Part shown: piece after piece, positions 1 to 7,176 of the stretch
Numbering within the stretch: the first letter of the stretch is position 1
Layout of the letters: each line of letters starts with the position of its first letter
Virus record (IMG/VR): IMGVR_UViG_3300028626_000223
Location: 1-24,282 of that record
Direction: 5' to 3' (one strand)
DNA from: a virus
DNA: 24,282 nt
Position numbers and translations under genes: made by a program
Notes under the pieces: model-generated
Database searches by the model: none
What the model was told of the DNA's origin: nothing
The model's input: only the letters and a program-made list of their open reading frames with translations

Positions 1-147
1 TTTGATCAGTGGATCCATGTACATTGTAAAGGATGTTCGTGCAGGTATCAGCAGATGGGAGACTTCACTCGTATCGAGATCACGAAGCGGACTGATATGA
101 ATGTACATGACACATGTAGGTGGTGGAACAAATTTTCAGTGAAGTGA
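1..147 (+). CDS. 3' end of a gene truncated by the window edge (FDQWIHVHCKGCSCRYQQMGDFTRIEITKRTDMNVHDTCRWWNKFSVK*), Cys/His-containing hypothetical protein
   Basis: Frame 1 is open from base 1 to TGA at 145-147 and is followed by a T-rich intergenic stretch; translated by hand, not in the ORF track. Confidence 0.5.
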   Translation, partial: FDQWIHVHCKGCSCRYQQMGDFTRIEITKRTDMNVHDTCRWWNKFSVK

Positions 148-190
148 TGTTTTCTGTGGTTAAGCTTAGTATTTATAATCTTGTTTTTCA

Positions 191-220
191 TTTATATGCT
201 AGAGGAAGATTATATATATT
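191..220 (+). promoter_or_regulatory. Putative archaeal-type promoter (TATA-like boxes TTTATAT 191-197 and TTATATAT 210-217, purine-rich BRE-like AGAGGAAGA 201-209)
   Basis: AT-rich intergenic island upstream of a strong SD and the ERCC4 gene. Confidence 0.5.
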
Positions 221-237
221 GGAAGTTTCAAGTTTTC

Positions 238-244
238 GAGGTGA
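238..244 (+). promoter_or_regulatory. Shine-Dalgarno site GAGGTGA
   Basis: 7 nt upstream of ATG 252; the same heptamer precedes minus-strand genes at 16995-17001 and 17542-17548. Confidence 0.65.
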
Positions 245-251
245 TCTCATC

Positions 252-308
252 ATGATTACACACCTTCAGACCTCGTTCCCTGCACCTGCGAGGCGGAGTG
301 ATGGTTGA
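252..308 (+). CDS. Putative 18-aa leader peptide MITHLQTSFPAPARRSDG
   Basis: Strong SD with good spacing; its stop overlaps the first codons of the ERCC4 gene. Confidence 0.4.
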   Translation: MITHLQTSFPAPARRSDG

Positions 309-975
309 ACTTACCATCGATATCCGGGAGAAAGACCCGATGCTCTGCGACCTTGTGATAGAGATTGCGCAGGCTGCAGGGTATGGCTACACGATAGAGA
401 AACTCGCAGTCGGGGATTTCTATTGGCAGGATGCAGACATCAACATCGAACACAAGTCAACGAAAGACTTTCTCTCCAGCCTCATGTCAGGGCACCTGTA
501 TTCGCAGTTGCGTGACATGGCACAGTTCACCCACCCTTACTTGTTTGTGGAGGGGGAATGGCCATATCAGATGCTCATAGGTCGCAACAGACTGACGCAA
601 AAGCAGGTGGCCGGTATGTTGTCAGGGGTGATGTATCATTTCCCCTACGTCCAGTTGGTATACTGGCCGAGCGACACCATGTTTGCACAAGCAGTGGTCA
701 GTCTTCGGAACCGTGCTGATGAGAAAGGGCCGCTAGTGGATGTTGTCAAAAGAACGCCGAGCAAGACGGTCTATGAAGATCCCAATCTCGCAGCCTTTAT
801 GTCCGTGCCGGGTATCGGGGAGAAGAGGGCGAGAGACCTGATTGAAATCTACCGGAACTTCTACTGGTTCTGTGAGACGTTCAGAGAGAACCCGGAAGTG
901 TTCAAGATGAAAGGCAACACCATTCCGAAAAAGAGTTTTGCGTATATGGAAGCGATCACAAACGATCAGGGGTGA
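301..975 (+). CDS. ERCC4 (XPF/Mus81/Hef-family) structure-specific nuclease with C-terminal helix-hairpin-helix
   Basis: Motifs IDIRE, LAVGDF, IEHKSTKDFLSSLMSGHLYSQL, PYLFVEG and HhH VPGIGEKRA. The start is GTG 298 or ATG 301. Confidence 0.88.
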   Translation: MVELTIDIREKDPMLCDLVIEIAQAAGYGYTIEKLAVGDFYWQDADINIEHKSTKDFLSSLMSGHLYSQLRDMAQFTHPYLFVEGEWPYQMLIGRNRLTQKQVAGMLSGVMYHFPYVQLVYWPSDTMFAQAVVSLRNRADEKGPLVDVVKRTPSKTVYEDPNLAAFMSVPGIGEKRARDLIEIYRNFYWFCETFRENPEVFKMKGNTIPKKSFAYMEAITNDQG

Positions 976-2552
976 GATAGAGATACTGCCGGCGGGGAGT
1001 AGAGCGGGGCCATGCCGTATATAATCTCGCCGTCCCCAAACGGGCTTTTTATTGTCATGCTTCGTCCTCCCCACGATGTTGCCGGACCGTATGAATTAAC
1101 TTTTAAAAAGACGTACCCAGCATCTTCCGTATACATTCCAACAAGCGGCACTGTGCCGGGTTGAAGTGGTGAAAGGGTTTGACATACGTCAACTTGTGGC
1201 CCTCCAACTGTAGGCATGTTTCCAACTGCAAGTTCAAGATATGAATGTAATGAATTGTATAATTCCTCAATAGGAACGCTGGACGACTCGTTAAATGTCC
1301 ATGGGACATATGGATAATTCGGAGGGGATGTCCGTTCGTTATCTAAGTCGCCCGGTCCGAAGTAGTTGTAAACCACCTGACGATTGCAAGGAATAAAGTA
1401 TGGATCGTATACGTCCAGTTTGTTAAAATATATGGTTGATGGGCCAGTAACTGAATATGCAGACTTTGTGTATGCAGTGTAGTATTTACTAAAGGTCCAT
1501 AAATATGGTGGATACTGCCCGGAGTAGGTACCACTTCTCTCAGCTTGAGAAGTAGATACGAATACTGGAAGGTCTGTTAATGGGGTATACTTTTTCCGAT
1601 ACCTTATTGCAGCGTTCCCGGGATAATCCGTTATTACCGGGGGCATTGAATTATAATCATATCTTCGAACCCATGAAACAGACCCAGCTTCCAGAGCAAA
1701 GGTCTCCCATTCCCATCCTGTTGAAGCAGGGACATAATTACAAGGGTATTGCAAAACTTCTGTGTTTGGAACAGATGTATTAAACTCATTGATAACAGGA
1801 GACCATATCGCATTTCCTGTGTTCTTATAGTATGTAACAGCAGAGCCAAGGTCTATCCCTGTTGCATTCAGATCCACAGCAAACATCTTTAATATATTAT
1901 CTGATGATGAGACTCCATTTACAATAAGTTGAGGGAAATAAGGAGTGAATTTAAAGGCGTGTGCTCCCTGCACCATCCCAGTATAATCCTTGAAGTTGAT
2001 GTCGGCGATAACTGCTTTTTTGGCAACGTCTACGATATATGAATGATTGTTGCCCCAAACAAAGAACACATCTTCTCCAAGATCTGGATAAGCCATTATA
2101 GGAGCGCAACTGATCCCATCAATCGTCGGACGCGGGGATTTAAAGACAAACTGCCATTGGATTGGGACATTCACATAGTTCCCATGTGACACTTTCCATT
2201 CCATCGATAACCGAGGGTTGTATTTCCCCACAGATATGTCGCTGTCATGTAACCTCGAGAACGTAACAATAGCTCCACGTTCTGAATTGAATTCGTAGCT
2301 CACTAGATACACTTTATGCGATATCGGGCATGCCACAACTGTGCATATATCTCCACAAATCGCAGAGTTCCCATTGTAAACGGGAGATACGCCGTCTATA
2401 TCAGGGTCATAATAGTATGGTCCTCCGGGGCTGGCTAGAAGATATTTAGGAGCCGCCACTTTCTTTGTGTTCGGGTATGCTTTTATCCCTGCACGTGTCC
2501 GTTCATACGTGCCAAACACCCCGTCTTTTGTTAGCACGGAACTGATCGCCAT
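966..2552 (-). CDS. 528-aa Tyr/Pro/Asn-rich protein, last gene of the tail module; candidate distal tail or receptor-binding protein
   Basis: TAATG-coupled to the upstream tail gene; beta-rich, aromatic composition; no family recognised. Confidence 0.55.
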   Translation of the reverse strand: MAISSVLTKDGVFGTYERTRAGIKAYPNTKKVAAPKYLLASPGGPYYYDPDIDGVSPVYNGNSAICGDICTVVACPISHKVYLVSYEFNSERGAIVTFSRLHDSDISVGKYNPRLSMEWKVSHGNYVNVPIQWQFVFKSPRPTIDGISCAPIMAYPDLGEDVFFVWGNNHSYIVDVAKKAVIADINFKDYTGMVQGAHAFKFTPYFPQLIVNGVSSSDNILKMFAVDLNATGIDLGSAVTYYKNTGNAIWSPVINEFNTSVPNTEVLQYPCNYVPASTGWEWETFALEAGSVSWVRRYDYNSMPPVITDYPGNAAIRYRKKYTPLTDLPVFVSTSQAERSGTYSGQYPPYLWTFSKYYTAYTKSAYSVTGPSTIYFNKLDVYDPYFIPCNRQVVYNYFGPGDLDNERTSPPNYPYVPWTFNESSSVPIEELYNSLHSYLELAVGNMPTVGGPQVDVCQTLSPLQPGTVPLVGMYTEDAGYVFLKVNSYGPATSWGGRSMTIKSPFGDGEIIYGMAPLYSPPAVSLSHP

Positions 2553-4294
2553 TAGTAACCGCCTATCTGATACTTTCTTTTTACCGTTGGGCGCTCTTCT
2601 GTTTTGTAATTTGATTCAAGAGCAAGAGCCCCACCGATAGAGATTAAATCGACGTCTTTACTGGTGCTGACGCTGTCTTTTCTTACTGCAGCCTGAAGTG
2701 CATACTCCCCGCTTTTGATTAGTTGCAAGACTTCTGGAGCAATGTTTCCAAACTCTACTGTCATGAGTTTGTTCTGTTCTCGTTTAATAGAGTAGATCAT
2801 TACGTCGTATGTTGACGCTGGTTCTATGTCCTTCGTCGCAGTTTGCAGCGTGAATCTTTTCCCTACTGTAATATCTTTGTCGAAAAAATCCGATGATTTG
2901 TAGGTAAAACTCCCACTCAATATTCCGTTCTGGATATTCGTGAGCACCCCCCAAGCAAGTTTATCGCACCCATCTTCACTGATGATTCCCTTTGCATGGA
3001 TAGTAACTTCAATCGACTTATACTGGGTGGCGGTAGATACCATATTTGGATAGTATGGCTGGATAACAGCCCCCCTCCAATGGGCATATGCGAGGGTATT
3101 CTCCTGACCTCTCCCCAGATACTCACGGGACTCCGGATTAACTGTAGCAAGCTTAATACTGGTTTCAGTAATTTCTTTAGCCTGAATGATTTCAGACCCA
3201 ATCTTGAAATATTTTGTTGCAGGAGAGATATTAGAAAGAATCCCCGTATCTAGCGCCTTAATTATTGGCATAGTTTGTGTGATTAAACACGGTTGGCCGT
3301 ATAGATGAGGGGTATCTCCAGAAGAGAACCATTTCTCACGGGTAATACCAGTCACCCCCCCGTTTGCATCTCCTAAAGAATACGTATTTTCATACCCTAT
3401 GAATTCATTATTGACCCGAAACGTATCGTTTACTCCCCATCCCACTACGTTTCTCATACTTTGCAACCAAATACAATCGGAGTCTCCTAAGTGGGTGAGA
3501 TACATATGTGGGTCTGATGGGGGGAGGATTTCCTCTTCTCCTAAAATGGCGTCATCGCAATCAAGATAAAAATATGCGTTCTTTATTGGCTCTTTATCTT
3601 GCGTTTCCATATCTATGAGGAAGGAGGCGGTCGTAGTATACCCAGAAATCTCTTTTTCAACCCCGATTACCGTTACAGAAGAGTATTGTTTATATAGCGA
3701 CCGGTCTAATTTGAGCCGGAATATATCTTTGTTCTCAACTAGAATAAGGGGGTCTTCAAGTGCGTCTATGATCCCGTCAGATACAATTATTTTTGCCCAC
3801 TGGTTTAAGTATGCGGTCGTCGCAGGTTCACACTCGTATCTCCAATTAAGCCCTGACATAGAGGCGATCGTGTTAAGATGAGTTAGTATCGATCCACTTC
3901 TGAATGCATACCGAATTAGCGGGTTTCGTGTTGCATTATATTCGAACCAGAACAACTCGCTGCCATCCGGATTCTTTGGGAGAAGGGCATAGATCAACTC
4001 ATTCGCTCTCATAATAGGCATCTCGTCTTGGTTGGTTACTACCGTGTCTCGAAGCAAACACAATATGGATTCCAGAGTAACCGATTCTATCCGAGATGAC
4101 ATCGACATGCTGGTTTCTTTTACAACCCCATATAATTTGACGGATTTGTCAACCAGCACCACACGTGTAGCACCTTCTGTGAATTTTCCCTCGTCACTAC
4201 TGCTAGCGACGACCCTATTGAATCTGAACGTGTTAACTCCGTTTAGCGACTCATACAAGGAACAGTTGAATGGGATGATCGGCTTTTCGGCCAT
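2552..4294 (-). CDS. 580-aa tail-tip hub (Tal/baseplate-hub-like) protein
   Basis: Position downstream of the TMP. The N- and C-terminal parts have a hub-like pattern (LNTIASMSGLNWRY, IFRLKLDRS, VTVIG, MIYSIKRE). It carries two inserted E[IF]I...R...H modules. Confidence 0.55.
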   Translation of the reverse strand: MAEKPIIPFNCSLYESLNGVNTFRFNRVVASSSDEGKFTEGATRVVLVDKSVKLYGVVKETSMSMSSRIESVTLESILCLLRDTVVTNQDEMPIMRANELIYALLPKNPDGSELFWFEYNATRNPLIRYAFRSGSILTHLNTIASMSGLNWRYECEPATTAYLNQWAKIIVSDGIIDALEDPLILVENKDIFRLKLDRSLYKQYSSVTVIGVEKEISGYTTTASFLIDMETQDKEPIKNAYFYLDCDDAILGEEEILPPSDPHMYLTHLGDSDCIWLQSMRNVVGWGVNDTFRVNNEFIGYENTYSLGDANGGVTGITREKWFSSGDTPHLYGQPCLITQTMPIIKALDTGILSNISPATKYFKIGSEIIQAKEITETSIKLATVNPESREYLGRGQENTLAYAHWRGAVIQPYYPNMVSTATQYKSIEVTIHAKGIISEDGCDKLAWGVLTNIQNGILSGSFTYKSSDFFDKDITVGKRFTLQTATKDIEPASTYDVMIYSIKREQNKLMTVEFGNIAPEVLQLIKSGEYALQAAVRKDSVSTSKDVDLISIGGALALESNYKTEERPTVKRKYQIGGY

Positions 4295-5358
4295 TATATC
4301 ACCTCGAATTTGCTCGATAGTTTGTATAGACTTTCGACGCGGGTTCTAAACTCTACTGTTTTTGGAGGAGATGCGTCGATTTGTGTGTTAAACCCAATTC
4401 CTATGTAGATGTTATATTTTGAAGTGAAATCGACATGAGGTTGCGCAATGTCATACTTACTTATAAACTCAACATGGGGGGAGATTATGCTGTAATTAGA
4501 TGTGAACGGAACGTCATAGTGGCGCGAAATGATGTTATATATTGACCCGAAATGCCTATAGACCGGGGGGACATAATATGAGACAATTACAACGCCAGAC
4601 CCCCCAGCATATGTCCATGAACCACCGTTTTTGTTCCTACATCCGCCTCCTCCACCAAGCCCATTTGTTCCCGGAGTCGGATCAGAATAATACGAAGAGT
4701 TTAACCACCACCCTCCTTGTCCACCTCCTCCAACGCCGCCATACCCTGTGTTTACCCCGGTATTGTAGTATTTTCCACCACCTCCACCAGCATATGCTGT
4801 AGAGACTCCGGTAATTGTAGAGTATTTTCCCGGGCCACCATATCCGCCACCAGTCCCCCCATGGACATCTGCATTTTCACCGGGGCCACCAGCACCACCG
4901 CCTCCACCAGAGCTTCTATCTGGGTAACTTCCATATACCCCGCCTCTATACCCCTGCCCAGAAACTCCAGACCCCGCAACACTTCCTCCACCGCCACCAG
5001 ATCCTCCATCGTTGCCCCCGCCTGCTCCTCCACCATATGCGACAAGGCCAAACGCTTCTGTGTTTGCTCCATTTTTGTGAGCCCCATCATAGATCCCACC
5101 GGCTCCTATTTTAATAGTGTGCGGGCCTGTAGTAACAGACAAGTTAAAGACTTCTACATACCCGCCTGCTCCTCCTCCACCGTCTCCATACCCCCCGCAA
5201 CCGCCTCCACCAACAAGCAACACCCATGCTTGAGTAACTCCTTCAGGGAACGACCATTCAACTGAATCCTGACCTCCTCCTGCACTAATGCTGGAGGTAA
5301 ATTTTGCAATACGCCTGCCATCAACCGGGTCTCTGGTTTCAGTTACAGTGACCGCCAT
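4294..5358 (-). CDS. Glycine-rich-domain tail/fibre protein with C-terminal F-x-[ST]-x-[YIV]-x-I-like repeats
   Basis: VLLVGGGGCGGYGDGGGGAGGY...IKIGAGG through GGSGVVIVSY is the glycine-rich domain common in phage tail proteins. Confidence 0.7.
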   Translation of the reverse strand: MAVTVTETRDPVDGRRIAKFTSSISAGGGQDSVEWSFPEGVTQAWVLLVGGGGCGGYGDGGGGAGGYVEVFNLSVTTGPHTIKIGAGGIYDGAHKNGANTEAFGLVAYGGGAGGGNDGGSGGGGGSVAGSGVSGQGYRGGVYGSYPDRSSGGGGGAGGPGENADVHGGTGGGYGGPGKYSTITGVSTAYAGGGGGKYYNTGVNTGYGGVGGGGQGGWWLNSSYYSDPTPGTNGLGGGGGCRNKNGGSWTYAGGSGVVIVSYYVPPVYRHFGSIYNIISRHYDVPFTSNYSIISPHVEFISKYDIAQPHVDFTSKYNIYIGIGFNTQIDASPPKTVEFRTRVESLYKLSSKFEVI

Positions 5359-5360
5359 AT

Positions 5361-6041
5361 TTAAACCGGGCCTGACCCGTATATAATTGTAAACTGGTCG
5401 CCAGAAAATCCATCAATAAATGCCGGGACCGTTCTTTGTTTCCATACTGCAGTATACTCGTTTGGGTTAATTTGGCCTACAACAATTCCATCTCCATAAG
5501 AAGACGGAGCCGTGTATAAGTATCGTGTCGCCGGAGCCAGAGCCATAAGCATTGGTCCTGACGTTGGGGTTCCAAATGCAGAAGCCACCGTAACATCCCC
5601 TGTCGTTGTGCTTACATATGTTACCAGTCTTATCGTCGCGGCTTCTGTATCGTGTGTGCAATTATAGATCCAGTCCCCCGGCATGATATATTGATATAAA
5701 GAGGATGAAAAGGTCATTCTTGTTGCAGTTACAAATGTTGCAGTTCCAAGAGATACAGTTGCATTTAGAAGGGACAGCGAGCCGGTTTGACAGATCTTTA
5801 GAGTATCCCCTGCCAATGGCTGACTTGAGATCCATACTCTGACCGATTCCCAGTAATCTACGTTCTCGTTTCTAACGAATTGTTTCCTATAGTCCACCAG
5901 CCCGTTTTGTCTCTGTTCATCTGTAACGTTTGGGAACTCATTATTAGAGACAGATGAGGTCTGAGGAGCAGACAGGTCAATATTGCCACCTTCTTCTGAA
6001 ATAGGGGCATAGTATTTGATTGATGCTGTACTTAGTGGCAT
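5361..6041 (-). CDS. 226-aa tail-associated protein, paralog B
   Basis: GGNI...SSVSNNEFPNV...NG...YRKQFVRNEN motif of a type seen in phage tail proteins; TAATG coupling. Confidence 0.65.
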   Translation of the reverse strand: MPLSTASIKYYAPISEEGGNIDLSAPQTSSVSNNEFPNVTDEQRQNGLVDYRKQFVRNENVDYWESVRVWISSQPLAGDTLKICQTGSLSLLNATVSLGTATFVTATRMTFSSSLYQYIMPGDWIYNCTHDTEAATIRLVTYVSTTTGDVTVASAFGTPTSGPMLMALAPATRYLYTAPSSYGDGIVVGQINPNEYTAVWKQRTVPAFIDGFSGDQFTIIYGSGPV

Positions 6042-6721
6042 TATACTTCCTCAATTTTTAACGTAAACCAGTCGTTTGCATACTGGGGGCACCCGGGAAT
6101 CACCCGGTACTTTTTCCACACGGCTATAGCGGCACCTGCAGGTATTGTAACGGGGGGATATACTACAATTCCTGTCTGTGATTTTGGGTATACATACATA
6201 GACATTGTTGCAGGAGCCACCGCCAAGACCTTCCCTGCCCCAAGGGTACCCCCATATGGATACTTCAGAATAACATGAGTTTCTGTAACTTCTGAAACCT
6301 GCCCTGCAAAGGCCACCGTGTCGTCTGTATAATTAAATACCATCTCGCCCGCTCCGAGTTCTAACCGCAAGTCAGAAGAGGTTTCAAAATATCCTGAAGC
6401 GGTTACAGTTGCATGTCCTGACAATGTAACCGAGTCATACAGCTTTGACTTGCTTCCTGACGGGCACATGCTAATTTCCGTATAAGGGTTTCGAGTAGTA
6501 AGTGCTTCAAAGTATATCACGACCCCATTCCAATCAGATGCGTTTAGGTTTTTAATGAACTGTTTTGAATATCTAGTCGTTCCATTTAGGAGTTCGTTCG
6601 AACTGATTCGATCAAACTCGTTGTTTAGTGTTGAAGACACCATTAAAGATGTGCCAATGCCTCCCCCATCAGTCGCAACCGCCCTATAGAATTCAAACAG
6701 TGCCGGATCAATCTCGCTCAT
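6041..6721 (-). CDS. 226-aa tail-associated protein, paralog A (start revised from 6799 to 6721, MSEIDP...)
   Basis: ATG 6721 overlaps the upstream stop (ATGA); motif GGGI...SSTLNNEFDRI...NG...YSKQFIKNLN. Confidence 0.65.
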   Translation of the reverse strand: MSEIDPALFEFYRAVATDGGGIGTSLMVSSTLNNEFDRISSNELLNGTTRYSKQFIKNLNASDWNGVVIYFEALTTRNPYTEISMCPSGSKSKLYDSVTLSGHATVTASGYFETSSDLRLELGAGEMVFNYTDDTVAFAGQVSEVTETHVILKYPYGGTLGAGKVLAVAPATMSMYVYPKSQTGIVVYPPVTIPAGAAIAVWKKYRVIPGCPQYANDWFTLKIEEV

Positions 6722-7176
6722 GATTGTTTCTCGACGATTTGTAGTGAAAAACTCACGTTGATCGTATCTCCATGCCCCCCGGCACCAGAGACAGTCCACC
6801 GTTCAAGCAGAACGTAATAAGTCCGTTCACCCAATATCAGAGTGTAGGGTACATATGTGTCACTGTAATTCTCTTTTTTGAAGAATCCTTCTGCGTAATG
6901 GTAGGTGGATGAATCTCCAATACCATCGAGCCACGTGGTATTGATTGTTATGGTGTCTGACTCGATGAAGTTCAGATCAAACCCTATCGGTTCCTGATCC
7001 GGCACGGGGATTATAATTGGCGATTTGGACATCGTCCGGGTCCAGTCTGCAATCCCTGCATAACTGGGCCCGGTTGCCGTTTCCAGTGCCCGTTGTAGTT
7101 CCCCCCCTATAGTAGTCTGCCCGATATACAACCTACCTCCATCAACATTCTCAAGGTATACCTCTCCCCGTGCCAT
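6718..7176 (-). CDS. 152-aa distal tail protein (Dit-like), inferred from position
   Basis: First gene after the TMP (TGATG overlap); the size and terminal beta-strand INVSFSLQIVE fit the tube-fold Dit class. Confidence 0.55.
   Translation of the reverse strand: MARGEVYLENVDGGRLYIGQTTIGGELQRALETATGPSYAGIADWTRTMSKSPIIIPVPDQEPIGFDLNFIESDTITINTTWLDGIGDSSTYHYAEGFFKKENYSDTYVPYTLILGERTYYVLLERWTVSGAGGHGDTINVSFSLQIVEKQS

Noticed and set aside
120-251. 5' extension of the 120-308 ORF (62 aa)
   Set aside because: It runs through the AT-rich promoter region; only the SD-preceded ATG at 252 is credible.
4600-5250. CCACC/CCTCC-rich repetitive DNA
   Set aside because: Explained by poly-Gly codons of the glycine-rich domain; not an independent repeat element.
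6722-6799. ORF-track start 6799
   Set aside because: It would overlap the Dit-like gene by 82 nt; ATG 6721 gives ATGA coupling and the same length as the paralog.
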